A DNA stretch of 64,000 nt, from assembly GCA_964291215.2 (NCBI GenBank), contig OZ219791.1:3072001-3136000 (forward strand), read 5' to 3'. Positions 22,131-34,004 of this stretch are shown piece after piece. Every line of letters starts with the position of its first letter. Position 1 is the first letter of the stretch. Below the pieces are notes generated by a model that was not told where the DNA came from, did no database searches, and saw only the letters and a program-made list of their open reading frames with translations. This stretch comes from Alphaproteobacteria bacterium (GTDB lineage Bacteria > Pseudomonadota > Alphaproteobacteria > MPNO01 > UBA830). The translations under genes and the position numbers were made by a program.

Positions 22131-23362
22131 CTAGTAGTCCACCGGCATTTTATTGATGGTTTTTTGTGGGTAATATTTTCGTGTCGGCGTTCGTTGGAAT
22201 CTGGACAGTACCGATATCCACACGGGCAGATGCCGAACAGGCAGGCAGCCCCATGCGCAGGTCCGGACAACGGGCATGCCCGCAGGTCTTCGGCGCAATG
22301 ACAGAAGCGGCGCATATGGCCAACTCTCGGGGCAGGAAGCTCTACCGCGTGACCCTTTCAGCGCAGGAGCGCCGGGATCTGAAGGCAATTGTCGACGGCA
22401 CCGGAGCTGCCTGGCGTCGGCGCCGGGCACAAATCCTGATGTTGAGGGGGCGCTTGTCGATGCCGACATTGCGCAAGGGCTGGGCACGGCGACGGTCGAG
22501 CGTTTGCGCAAGCGCTGCGTTCTGGAGGGGCTGGACGCCGCCCTCAGCCGCAAGGAGCAGGTGAACCGCCGGCCGAAACGGGGGCGATGGAGGCGAAGCT
22601 GGTCGCCCTGTTCGTCCCCGCCCGAGGGCTGTAAACGCTGAAGCTGCTCGCCGGCTGTCTGGTGGAGATCGTCGAGCGCATTTCGGAAGAGACGGTCAGG
22701 AAGACGCTAAAAAAAGAGATCAAGCCGTGGCTGAAGCAGTACTGGTGCATTCCACCGCACCGGAGCGCACAGTTCGTGGCGGCGGATGTGCTTGACATTT
22801 ATCAGCGGGACTTTGCCAGGGACGAGGTGCTGAGACCAGCCGGCAGCAGACGAAGGAAACCCCCCGTCCTCCGGTCAGCCGGAGGTGGTCAACTATGAAT
22901 ATGAGCGCAACGGCACGGCCAACCTCTTCATGGCCTTTGCGCCCAACGAGAACTGGCGCACGGTGAAAGTCACCGACCGCCGCGGGACTGGGCGCACTTC
23001 ATCCGGGAGCTTGCCGACGACCATTTCCCCGACAGGAAGATCGTGCCGGACAATCTGAACACGCACAGTCACTGTATGAAGCCTTCGAGCCCGAGGAGGC
23101 GGGTACGAAAGCGGTTCGAGTTTCGCTATACGCCGAAGCATGGAAGCTGGCTCAACATGGCCGAGATCGAGATCGGTGCGCTGTCGCGGCAATGCCTTCG
23201 GCGACGCATTCCCGACCGCGACACCATGCTGCGGGAGACCGTGGCGTGGGTGGAACGGCGCAATGCGGCCGATGTCACTGTCGACTGGCGTTTCACGACG
23301 AAGGATGCCCGGACGAAACTGAAGTCACTATATCCGTCAATCCAATAATGTTAGACTACTAG
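22131..23362 (+). mobile_element. IS630-family element, pseudogenised
   Basis: CTAGTAGTC ... GACTACTAG ends; YRVTLSAQERRDL, KKEIKPWLKQYWCIPP, YEYERNGTANLF, DNLNTH, YTPKHGSWLNMAEIE, WRFTTKDARTKL. Confidence 0.9.
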
Positions 23363-23494
23363 TCCATGCCGGCAAACGCTCGATTCTCCCCTCAGGGAAA
23401 ATTTTTAGCCGAGCCGCGGGCCTGTCTGAGTGATGTCGGTCTGGCTTCCGGTGTTTTGGGGAACCCCAAGATTCTGGTTAGTGACGGCCGGAGC

Positions 23495-24213
23495 GGGCGT
23501 GAGTCCGACATGGCGATGCCGGGACCGGTCGGCTGATGGGGCTCATGCGGCGCGTCTGGCGGCGTAGCCAGGGCAGTTGTTGTCGTTTGCCGGGGTATCG
23601 GCATCGGCCATGATGGTTTCCCATGCGCGGTCGAACCGTCCGGACTTGATGAGGGCGCGGAGGGTGTGCCGCCCGGGATGCGCCATCGCATGCCGGATCG
23701 CTTCATTCTCTGTGTGACGAGGGTTTTGTTTGCGGCCTCGACGACACCGGAGCCGATGGCGATGCCCCGGTCGCCGAGGTTGCGGTATCGCATGCGCTTG
23801 CGGCGCTTGCGGAAGAAGACGAGTTCGCGCTCGATGGCGGTGCGCGCGGCGTGGTTGCTTCCTGCCTTGTCGGGCAGGTAGTGCAGCGTCCTTATAACTC
23901 CGGCGCTGCCGTGCGGGTCGTGTCGCAGGGTATGGCGGCAAGTCTCGAACCAGCGGGGATCGACGGCATGGTCGGAGGCTGTGCGGAGATGCTCGCAGCT
24001 GTGCCAGAAGTCGACGGCCTGCGCCTCGGGCGAGAGGCTCTCCAGGAAGGTCCAGTTGTCGGGGGCCGTCGGCGAGCGCGACGACGGCGATATCGGGGCG
24101 TGCGCGGCGGATATGCGCGACCTCGCTTGCGAGTTTGGCCTTCAGCGTGTGCCTGTCGCTCTCGGGCATGCGGGCGAGATAGAGGGTCTTGAGCCGTTCG
24201 CCTTCCCGGTCGT
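23495..24213 (-). mobile_element. ISKra4-family IS, second copy (3' part only), joined to relaxase
   Basis: Close match to 19288-20022 (HDREGERLKTLYLARMPE..., GSGVVEAANKTLVTQRMKRSGMRW). Confidence 0.8.
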
Positions 24214-25672
24214 GAGCGGCCCCTTGTTGAGATGTTCCTGCACCTGCCAGCTGCGCATGAGAGCCCGGCCGCGCGCCTGGCCGCCGCGCATCAGCGCCAT
24301 CGTCTCGCGCTCCTCGCCGACGGTCTTCTCCGTCGCGAGCGAGGCCTCCGCGCCGGGCAGGTCGACGGCGTGCAGCATTCCTGCCTTCTCCAGCGCCGCT
24401 ACCTCCCGCTCCACCTCTTCGATCGTCACCGCCCCCGGCGCATGGGCGAGCGCGGCGGCCAGCAGGCTGGAGCGCGAGAACATCGCCTCGCGCTCCGAAA
24501 GATGCGCCATCGCCCAGGCCACCGCCTCCGCGGCGGCAGACGACGGTTCCATGTCGGCGGCGGCTTCGCGCCGTGGGGCGCGGTCCTCGGCGGCGCCGGG
24601 CATCCGTTCTCCCGCGGGCGCGCCCATGACCGTCTTGCCTGTCCGGCCGGCGTCGTCGATGTCCGGAAGGGCGGGCGCTGGCGCTCCCGGTTCCCTGTCG
24701 GGTTCGGCGGCCATGTCGGGCGCCGCTTCCCGTTCCGCCGGGCCGGATCGTTCCACGGCTTCGGCCACCAGCGCGCCGGCGTCGAGGCCGAGGTCGGCGG
24801 CCTGGCGCTGCCAGACGCTCCGGAGTTCGTCGCGGTCGATGTCGTGCTTGGCGGCCCGGGTCATCAGTGCGGCGCGTTCGGCGATGCGCGGATTGTCCGC
24901 AGAGGCGCCGAGTCCGCGCTCTTCCATCGCCGCCTCGATCTCCCGGCGTCTCGTCGAGGAGGCTTCCACGACCTCGCGGCCGACGCCCGCGATCTCGAAG
25001 CGCCCGTCGGAATGGGTCTTCTCGATATCGTAGCCGAGCTTCCCGAGACCCGCGGCGAGCTCGCTCCTGTGGAGCATGCCGATCAGCTTCTGGTTCGCGT
25101 AGAGGCCCTCGTTGGACATCGAGCGCCACTTGCCGTCCTGCCCCCGGACCATGTTGGCGAGAACCGCGTGGGTATGGAGCTGTGGGTCGAGGTTGCGCGA
25201 GGTGTCGTGGCGGAAGGCGGCGGCCACGATCTTCTGGTTGCCCGCCCGCGCCATCTTTCCGATTTCCGGGTCCTTCATGCGGGTCTCGGCGGCGTTCCTT
25301 TCGACCCAGGCGAGCCGTCGCAGCCACGGCGCGGTCGTGGGCGTCCACGATGCGCGCATCGCCGCCGACCAGCGCCGCGATCGAGACCGACTTCGGGGCC
25401 GACAGGGTGAGGTCGCGGCCGGGGCGGTGCACTATCTCTCCGTCCTTGCCGCGCCGCCCGAGCCGCGTGTCCGAGCCGTCCGGCACGCGGCCTTCGAGCA
25501 CCGCCCTGAACGTGTCCGGGTCGACCGGCCCCTTCAGTTCGAGTTCTTCGGCGCCCCTGCCGGCCCAGACGCTGGCGTCGCGGTGTTCGGGATCGTCCTT
25601 CGCGTAATAGCCGTCGCGCTCGTAATAGGATGCGCCCTGGGCGGCCGAGGAGAGCGCACCGATCGAGAGCAT
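24214..25672 (-). pseudogene. MobF (TrwC/TraI-like) conjugative relaxase, frameshifted and C-terminally truncated
   Basis: MLSIGALSS..ASYYERDGYY, RPGRDLTLSAPKSVS, FRHDTSRNLDPQLHTHAVLAN (3H motif), frameshift near 25320; helicase part lost at IS junction. Confidence 0.9.
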
Positions 25673-25673
25673 G

Positions 25674-28600
25674 TCAGGCCCAGTCGGAGGCGCGGCCTGC
25701 GTCCGGGACCATGGCGTCTTCGTCCCGCGTCGAAGGAACTTCGCCCGACGGGGAATGCGGTTCCGGCTCGTCATGTGCCGCGGCCGCCGGCGTTTCCTCC
25801 GCTTCTCCCGGAAGCGGCGCCAGCTCCAGTTCGCGCTGAACCGGCCCGGGGTGGGATATGTCTTCCGGCGACGGCAGGCCCGCCCGGTCCGGCGGCTCTG
25901 GGACCGTCATCTCTTCCTTCCCGAGGCGTGCCGCAGTGAACGCCTCGGTCGCAGCTTCCGTCCCGTCCTCCTTGCGCGGCACGAACCGCTTGGCCGCCTT
26001 CGGCCGGGCGGTGTGTTTCAGGCGGATGGCGGCGACCGGGAACGGGGCGGGGAACTTGAGATAGCCCGCGAGGTTCTCGAGCCGCATGATCTCCGAGGGC
26101 TGCGCCAGGGCGCGCAGCTCGCGCCGCGGCGTGAGGCTCACCCCGTCGCGAATGGTGTTGGCGCCGTAGGAAAAGCCCTCGGTGACTTCCTTGATCTCGC
26201 TGCGTCCGAGACTGTCGGCCGACCATTGCGCGGTGTCCCGGTCCGGCGCGGCGAGCACGACGCGCGTGCCGCAGAGCCCGGAGACAGTCTCCACGCCGTT
26301 GCGGCCGTAGAGGTCGCGCAAGGCCGAGGCGACCTGGACGCCGAGCACGAAGCAGCCTCCGAACTGTCGGCTTTCGGCAAGCCCCGGCTGGAGGGATGGC
26401 ACCTGGTGGAGCGTCGGCAACTCGTCGAAAATCACCCAGATGCGCCGCCCGTCATCCTGGGCGAGCGAGAGCATGGCGTTGACCGCGATCTCCAGCCATG
26501 TCGAGATCAGCCCCCGCAGGCTGGCGTGCTGGTCGCCGCGCGAGGTCAGGAACAGGAACCCGTCCTCCTTCTCCCGGGATATCCACTCGCGGATCGAGAA
26601 GGGCCTGCCCTCGTCGGGCAGGAACTCGAAGGCGGCGAGATTGGCGGTGAGCATGGCGCGCACCGAGAGCGCGGTCTTCGGGTTCTCGGGATCGACTGCG
26701 CGACCGTGCCCTCCATGGCCTCGGCGAGCGCGGTGAGGTCGGTCTTGAGCAGATGGTCGACCAAGACCCTGTTGCGCGTCTCGCCCCTGCCGCGCAGTAC
26801 GCCGGCGCCGTTGGAGAAGAGCTGGCGCGCGGCGGTGACCCAGAACGGGTCGACCGTGTCCTTCTGCTGGGGGATCAGCGCGGCGGCCATCATGTCGAAG
26901 TCGCGGGGGTTGCGGGCTTCCAGGAACGGCGACCAGCGCGGCGCGCGGGCGTCCAGCGGGTTCATCAGCACGTTGCGGTCGCGGTTGAAGAAGGACCGGG
27001 TGTAGGAGCCCATCTTGTCGTAGATCACGCAGCGCTCGCCGCGGGCGCGGATCTGGGAGACGAGATCGGAGATCAGCACCGTCTTGCCGGAGCCGGTGGT
27101 GCCCGAGACGATGGTGTGCGCTGGGTTTCGGTGCGCTCCGGATACGGGATGCCGGCGATCGACTAGTGTCTTATCATTCATCAAATGTCGTATAAAGGCG
27201 TTTGAGTTTCACGCGGGCATCGTCGGTGGTGAACTGCCAATCCACCTTGGCCTGAATGCGGTCGCCTGCCAGGCGGCGACTTTCCGGCGTAACACCTCGA
27301 TGCAGTCGATGCGGCGGTTCAGGCACTGGCGGATCATGACGTTGAGTTCGACCACGTTCAGCCAACTGCCGTGCTTGGGGGTGTAGACGAACTCGAAGCG
27401 GCCCCACAAGGCCTCGTCCGGCGGGTAGGCCTCATAGAAGGCGCCGGGGAGTGTTGAGATTGTCCATCACCAAGGTGATGGTGATAGCATCCTGGTAGCG
27501 CTCGGCGATGTCGGCCAGGAACTGCGCCCAGTCGATCTTGCGCTCGGTTACCTTGGTCATGCGCTTGCCGGCCAGGGGTTCCGTGAAGACGTTGCAGGTA
27601 CCGCAACGTCGATACTCGTAGTCGTTACGCCCGTCCCGGCGCCATGGCGATCGGTTGCCGTGTCTCGCCGATCAGGGGGCGTTTCGTCCATGCAGACCAC
27701 GGGGAAGGCGGCGGGGCGGCGATAGACATCGAGCACCTTCGCCGCGGCGAAGTCGGCGTTCCCTCGGGGATGAATTACCCACCCAACCCGCTGCCATGGC
27801 TTGAGGCAGTTTTTTTAGAACACGCCGCACCGTCTCGTGTGATATGGCGTAACCAAGCTCGACAACGCGGTCGGCCAGCAGCCGCAACGACCATTGCGTG
27901 TAACCCTCGGGCGGTTCACCACAACTCAGAGCCACCAAGCGCGCCTCGAAGGCGCCGGTGGCTTTTCGCATGTAGGTAGGACGGCGCCGGCCACCCAATG
28001 CCGCCTCCAGCCCCTCTTCAACGAAACGCTTCTTCACCCGGTCTACTTTGCGCATGCTGATGCGCAGAATCTCGGCAATGACCTTCCCGGTCATCTGGCA
28101 TTCATTGAACGCGCCCTCGTCGCAGTTGAGCAGGGCGTTGATTACCTTTTGCGACAGGTGCGAGCCCTTGGTCGTGATCTCCGAAAGTTCTGCCCGTTCG
28201 TCCAGGGTCACCATGTAGCGTTTCATACTCCGACCTCCATCCCGAATGGACGGACAGTCTAGCACCAAATGTACGACATATCATTGCTGACATAACACTA
28301 GGGGCGGAGCCGCCTGCCGCCGGGCAGCCGCGCGAGGACGCGGTGATGTGCAGGCCGGATCTGGCGGCGCAGTTCGGCGGCGGTGACCATCTCGGCGCCC
28401 CTGATGCGCTTCTGGCGGCCGAGTTGGGCGCTGCGCCACCAGAATGCGGCGAGGAAGAGGACGATCAGCCCGGCGCCGGACGCGGCCCCCAGCCCGGCGC
28501 TGACGAACAGCTCGTCCCTGATGCGCTCCCGCGCCTCGCGGGCCGGGGCGGCGATGTTGCGGATCGCGAGCACGCGGCGCGTGCCGTCGGCGAAGCGGAC

Positions 28601-28837
28601 TTCCTGGCCGGACTCCGGGTCGTAGCCGAGGACCAGCTTGACCTCGGCGAGCGTCACCATGCCGGCGGCGTACCACTCCGCGCCGGTGCTGCGCTGCCAC
28701 AGCGTCTAGGCCGGCACGGCGACGGTGGTGAAGGCCGCGAACAGCATGGCGACCCGGAACAGCTGGCCCCACATGTGGATGCCGTGGAAGACGGTCTGGT
28801 CGCCCCTCAGCGTGCTGCCGCCGATGCCGCGGATCAT
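25674..28837 (-). pseudogene. traD: Type IV coupling protein TraD/TrwB, disrupted by nonsense codon, IS630 insertion and frameshifts
   Basis: HTIVSGTTGSGKT (Walker A), IYDKMG, LMNPLDARAPRWSPF, WVIFDELPTLHQV, ESRQFGGCFVLGVQ; in-frame TAG at 28706-28708. Confidence 0.88.
27163..28301 (-). mobile_element. IS630-family element (distinct from 22131-23362) inserted in traD, pseudogenised
   Basis: CTAGTGT ... ACACTAG ends; MKRYMVTLDERAEL, WSLRLLADRVVEL, FVYTPKHGSWLN, WQFTTDDARVKLKRLY. Confidence 0.9.
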
Positions 28838-28937
28838 CGCCGCACCGCGGGCCGCAGCGCCCGGAGCCGAAGGCTGGCGGAGGCCGGGCAAGAGAGAACG
28901 GGCCGGAGGGGGGCGCTCGCCGACATGACCGGAGGCC

Positions 28938-29276
28938 ATGACCATGACGCGTACATCCGGGCATTCCGGCGTTGCCCGCCCGACCTGGCGCGAGCGCGCT
29001 TTCGTGCTCGGCGGCTTCACGGCTGCCGCGCTCTGGACCGGCGTCTCGGCCATCCTCGGCGCCGGGATGGAGATTGTCGGCGCGGCGTAGCTGGCCGCTA
29101 TCCTCTGGACCGTGCCGTCCTCGCTGGCGTTGGCGCTCCGGCGCGGCGACTGGAGTGCCTTCCGCCGCTCCGGGCTGCCGTGCGACACCGACACGCTGGA
29201 CTGGTCCCTGAAAAGTGGGGCGTATGTCGACATGGAGATTGCCGAACAGCACGAACGCCTGATGCGCGGCGGCTGA
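28938..29276 (+). pseudogene. Small two-TM membrane protein with an in-frame stop, convergent with traG
   Basis: GGAGG SD; MTMTRTSG..AFVLGGFTAAALWTGVSAILGAGMEIVGAA*LAAILWTVPSSLALALRRGDWSAF..EQHERLMRGG; TAG at 29088, frame continues to TGA 29274. Confidence 0.55.
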
Positions 29277-29290
29277 AGCCTCCGCCGGGG

Positions 29291-30440
29291 TCACCGCGAG
29301 GAGTCCCCCAGGCCCTTCCCGTCGGGCGCGGCGTTCTTCGCCGTGCCGAACAGCTTGCCGGCGAGCCAGTCGCTGACCACCGGCAGGTTCTCCGCGGCGT
29401 GCTGCTCGAACGGCTTGTTCGTCTCGACGGCAACGCCCGCGCGGCCTCGTCCCGTGTCACGGCCTGGCGCGCCTCGCGGGCCGCCTCCATCATGATCTGC
29501 CCGGTCTTCGTCTCGACCCGCTCCGTCCTCGCCGCTGCGGCGGTCTCGCCCGGCGCGCCGGCCTCGCGCGCCCGGTCGCGCGCCCCCCCCCCCCCCCCGC
29601 CGACCAGCCGCCATGGGCCGCAGCGGTTTCCCTCGCATACGCCTCACGCAGCTCATTGGCGGCCGCCTCGTACTCCGCCGCGCCGCCGACGGAGGCCGGG
29701 GTCGCCGGCGCCGGATATTTCTCTGCGATGAACGCCGCGGCATTTTCCCGGAGCTGTTCGGCGTCCTCCGCCGTCTGCGGCGAAGCGATGCGCATGGCGC
29801 CCGCGGCGCCGATGGCGCGTCTGTCCGTCCCCGGCTGCTCCGACAGCCAGGCGAAGAAGGGCTGGCTGAGTTCGCGCTCGATCGCTTGCGCGTCCGAGCG
29901 CACCTGCGCCGCCTGCTCCGACCAGCTCTCCGACTCCTGCCTCGCTAGGGAGGCCCGCTCCTGGAACGTCCGCATGCGGGTGAGGTTGGCCGACAGGCTC
30001 TCGTCGAGACCCGCCATCTCGCTGTCTCCGGTGGAGGTCGAGTAGCGCCGAGAAGCCTCCGAGACCCGGCCCCAGGTCTCGGTCACGCCGTGCTGGCCGT
30101 CATAGTCCTTCACCCGGTTCCAGGCCTCGGACCCGATGGTCTGCCCGCGCCACATCACCGAGCCGTCCGCCCGGGCCTTCACGATGAAGTCCCAGCCGCC
30201 GCCGACGCTGCCTGGCCGGTCAGCACCGCCGCCCGGTGATCCCGGCAATCTCCGACAGCTTCTCGACATGGGAGTCCAGCGCCTGCGCCTGGCTCGACTC
30301 GCTTGTCGAGACGCCGCGCGCGTAAGCCTCGCCGGTCGACACGTCGTGGCTGTAGCGCTCGATCATCGCCGTGGCGTCGGTGACGGCGGCGTTCCTCGCC
30401 TGGCCCGCCTCCGCCGACCAGTGGCGCGACAGCGTCCGGG
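29291..30440 (-). pseudogene. traG: TraG (F-type mating-pair stabilisation protein) C-terminal remnant
   Basis: Frameshifted pieces LSANLTRMRTFQERASLARQESESWSEQAAQVRSDAQAIERELSQPFFAWL; position upstream of traD-relaxase. Confidence 0.6.
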
Positions 30441-30630
30441 CCTCCGCCGCCCGGCTCCTCGGGCCGGACGACGAGGTTCTCCAGCAGGCCGAGGGTGGCG
30501 ATCGAGGCCTTGAGCGAAGCATCCGCCTGGGCATTTGGCAGGGTCTTGCGGACATTCTCGGGGGCGAGGCCGGGCGAGCGGGATATCCCGGATCAGCGGC
30601 GCGGCCCCGGGGGCGATGAAGTTCATGCGA
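30441..30630 (-). pseudogene. ParB/Spo0J-like N-terminal stub
   Basis: Across a frameshift: IRDIPLAR..PENVRKTLPNAQADASLKASIATLGLLENLVVRP, then abruptly into traG sequence. Confidence 0.6.
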
Positions 30631-30750
30631 ATCTCCCATGGATGGCGGGTCGGCGGCGCGGGCGGCCCACTCCGGCTGCCCGCGCCTGCCCGGACCGCCG
30701 CCCCGCTCCGGCTCCGGGCGGTGCGGTCCGGCGGGCGCCGCCATCGGAGG

Positions 30751-32097
30751 TCAGGCAGCGATGCGCTCGCCCCAGGGCGCGGGTCGCCGCCACGGGCCGT
30801 CCCCGTGGTCGCACCACAGCACCGGGAACGGGGGCTCCGTCGACGGATAGCGGGAGCACTCCATGTCGGTGAAGTAGAGACACACGCCCGGCTGTATCCC
30901 CTGTTCGTCGAGCCACTCGAAGCCCGGGCGGAAGTCCGTGCCGCCCCGCCCCTTCAGCGCGATCTCTTCGGGGAGGTCGTCGGGCGCGTATTCCGCCGCG
31001 TCCTGCACCGCTGCATCGACCTGGAGCACGACGACGCGCCCGGGCCGGATGTCTGCCGCGACCTCGCGCAGTTCGGCCCGGAACGCGGCCAGCGTCTCCG
31101 CCGGCAGCGAGCCCGAGGTGTCGATGATGACGGCGATGGTCTCCATGCCCTCGGAACGGATCGAGGGGAGATAGAGGCCGGAGTCGATGAAGCGCCGGTT
31201 GGGGACGCTCCAGGAATAGTCGCTCTTCGCCGCGTCGGTCATGTGGCGGCGCAGCAGCGAGCGCCAGTCGAGCGCGCCCGCATGGGCGCCGCGGACGGTT
31301 TCCTCGACCGCGCCGGGCAATCTGCCTTCGGCCCTGGCGAGACCGAGCGCCTGGTGCATGGCCTCGTCCCAGGCCTGTTCCTCCAGTGTCATGTCGCCCG
31401 GCAGAGGCGCGCCGTCCCCGGCGCCGCCCGCCGGCGCGTCCATGACCTCGCCGGTGCCCGATGGATCGCAGCTTGCGTCGCCGCCGTTGTCATCGTTGCC
31501 GGAACCGCCGTCATCGTTCGAGGCGTCTGTCGAACTATCCGCCTTCCCGTCATCGCCGCTGCCGGATTGCCCACCGGCATCGCCCCGGTCGGACGGGCCG
31601 CTTCCGTCGGGCATGGAAGCGCCTGGCGAACCGGCGCCGGCATCTCCGTTGCCGGACAGTGGACTGCCGGCACCGCTTGACGGATCGTCGTCGGGCGCCG
31701 CCAGGCGGTCGTATGCTTCCTCGACGCTGATCCCGTCCCACGCTTCCGCGTCGGGCGGCAGGGTGAAGCCGGCATCGCGCAGCAGGCCGTGGGTGACGAG
31801 CTGGGATGCGCGCTGCCAGCGCTCCGGGTCGCGGTCGCCCCGGCGCGTGTGGTGCTTCAGCGCGCAGGCCAGCACCACCCGGGCGATCGCGGTCCCGATC
31901 AGGTGGGCGTCGGTCTCCGCGACCCATTGCGGCGAATAGCGGATCTCCCGCCCGTCGCTCGCCAGCGTCTCGCGGCCGGCGTCGGCGCGGACCGGCAGGC
32001 GGAGCGCCAGGCTGCCGAAGAAGGGCTGCTCCCGCAGCAGCGCCGTCACGCAGCGGCTCACCCGCTGCGCCGATTCCGGGCAAGGGCGGGCGGCCAT
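30751..32097 (-). CDS. DUF2201-type metallopeptidase-like + vWA domain protein
   Basis: PFFGSLAL..TLASDG..IRYSPQWV..KHHTRRG N-domain, acidic linker, WSVPNRRF..YLPS, MIDAS IDTSGS, GRGGTDF, YFTD. Confidence 0.85.
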   Translation of the reverse strand: MAARPCPESAQRVSRCVTALLREQPFFGSLALRLPVRADAGRETLASDGREIRYSPQWVAETDAHLIGTAIARVVLACALKHHTRRGDRDPERWQRASQLVTHGLLRDAGFTLPPDAEAWDGISVEEAYDRLAAPDDDPSSGAGSPLSGNGDAGAGSPGASMPDGSGPSDRGDAGGQSGSGDDGKADSSTDASNDDGGSGNDDNGGDASCDPSGTGEVMDAPAGGAGDGAPLPGDMTLEEQAWDEAMHQALGLARAEGRLPGAVEETVRGAHAGALDWRSLLRRHMTDAAKSDYSWSVPNRRFIDSGLYLPSIRSEGMETIAVIIDTSGSLPAETLAAFRAELREVAADIRPGRVVVLQVDAAVQDAAEYAPDDLPEEIALKGRGGTDFRPGFEWLDEQGIQPGVCLYFTDMECSRYPSTEPPFPVLWCDHGDGPWRRPAPWGERIAA

Positions 32098-32989
32098 CAC
32101 GCGGCCTCCCGCGCCGGGGAGACCGCCGCCGCGAAATATCCCGCGAACCTCTCCACCAGCGCATCCGCATCGCGCTTCACCCGCGCGCGGGCGACCGGAT
32201 CGAAACTCTTCGACGGCCTGAGCGCGTCCGGCTCGACGCCGGCGATCTTCTCCTTTACCTGCCCGCAGAGCCGGGCGAGTTCGTCGTCGCCGAAGATATT
32301 CAGCCGCGGCACGATGTCGACCAGGTCGCGGATGTTGCCGATCATCGAGTCCCGGAACACCAGCGGCTTGCCCTCGCCGTCCTCCCGCAGGCGTTCGGAG
32401 ACCCGCTCCACGGCCTCGCCGAGGCGCCGGTAGAGGTCGCCCACCGCATCGTGCAGCCGCTCCTCCACCTGGCTCTCGATGTCGCGCTTCACCCGGTCGG
32501 TGTCGTCGGAGGCGAGCTTCGCCATGAAGTGGTCGGCACCGGGACGATCCGCCAGCGCAGGCCGAACCTGTCCCGGAGCGCCTCCTTCGAGGGATAGTCC
32601 CCGATGCGGAACAGCTTGCCGAGATCGAGCCGGGCCTTTTCGATATTGTCGTCATAGTCCTCGATGAAGCGGGCGCGCTCGCGCACCATGCGCTCGCGCA
32701 AGCCGTCCATCAGCCCGGTGTAGCGCTCGTGGTTGGCGACGGGGAGCAGCCGGCTCCCCCGGTCGTCCCAGGGCAGGGTCTGGGCGTCGTGGGCCGCGCG
32801 CGCCGCGCTGACGGTGGCATTGAGGGCGGCGAAGGCGGTTCGGGGCAGCAGGCACTTGTTGTAGCGCCCGGCGCTGACGCTCGCCTCGTAGTGGACGGCG
32901 ACATGGGTGCTGGCCTGGCGGTCATGGAGCCGGCCCGACCAGGCAGCGATGCGCAGGCTGACCAGCATGGCGTCGTGGCTGAGATTCAT
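32097..32989 (-). pseudogene. DUF3150-like phage/ICE protein, frameshift near 32535
   Basis: AMLVSLRIAAWSGRLHDR..AGRYNKCLLP..TLPWDDRGSRLLP..DYPSKEALRDRF, continuing in another frame VFRDSMIGNI..LNIFGDDEL; between AAA and vWA genes. Confidence 0.65.
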
Positions 32990-33011
32990 GGGTGTTCTCC
33001 TGAAGGGGCGG

Positions 33012-34004
33012 TCATTGCGTGCGTGCGGCGGCCCAGCGGATGAAGGCGGGCGAGTGCTGGAGGGCGGCGGATGCAGGACCCGACCAGGAACTCGCCGACC
33101 TCGCGGCGCAGCCGTCCGGCATAGGTGACGATGGCGTCGAGCGTGATGTCGTCGGCCATGCGGTAGAGCGCGCCGCAGAGCGCGATCAACGCGCTCGCGT
33201 TGTCCGGCACGACCGCGTTCCCGGGATCGTCGAGCACGGCCCGGGGATGGGGCAGTTCGCGCCACACCTTCAGGAAGGCCGAGAACTCGACCGCCGCCGC
33301 CTCGCCCGCCGTGCCCCGGAACAGCGCCCGCTCGACCGAGGGGTCGGGACCGGCGCGCCGGTTGACGATGCCGGAGACCATCTCCCAGGTGCGGGGGCAG
33401 CAGAACGCCTTCTCCTGCGAATCGAAGCAGTGCAGCAGGTCGGGGCGCATCCGGATGTAGAACAGCACCTGGGGCGCGATGCCGTTGGCCGCCCCCCAGG
33501 CGAGCCAGTCTTCCGCGTCCACCCGGACCTCCAGATGGACGAAGCGCGAGGCGTCGGCATGCGGTGGACCACGCCGCGGTCGCTCTCGCGGTTGCCGCAG
33601 GCGATCAGCGAGGCGCCCTCGGGCAGTTCGTACTCGCCCACCTTGCGGTCGAGCACCAGCTGGTAGAGTGCCGCCTGCACCATCGGCACGGCGGACGGCA
33701 GTTCCTCCAGGTTGATGAGCCAGCGGCCGGGGTCGTCCGCCGGCGGCAGGAAGGCGGGCGGCGCCCAGCGGGTGCGCCTGTCCGCATCGCGCCACGGGAT
33801 GCCGCGCAGGTCCACCGGATCGAGCAGCAGCGCGCGTACGTCGACATAGCTGCGCGAGCCCTCGGCGGCGGCCTGCTGCGCGAGCGCGCTCTTGGCGCAG
33901 CCCGGCGCGCCCCACAGGATGCAGGGCTGGCGCGCCTCGACCAGCAGCGCCAGGGTCGGCGCAAGCTCGCGCAGCGTGTAGTCGGCGGAAACGGTGTCGG
34001 TCAT
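33012..34004 (-). pseudogene. MoxR/CobS-like AAA+ ATPase, frameshifted
   Basis: LWGAPGCAKS, LLDPVDLRGIP, INLEELPSA..VQAALYQLVLDR, ACGNRESDRG, then SRFVHLEV, CPRTWE in a second frame. Confidence 0.85.
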
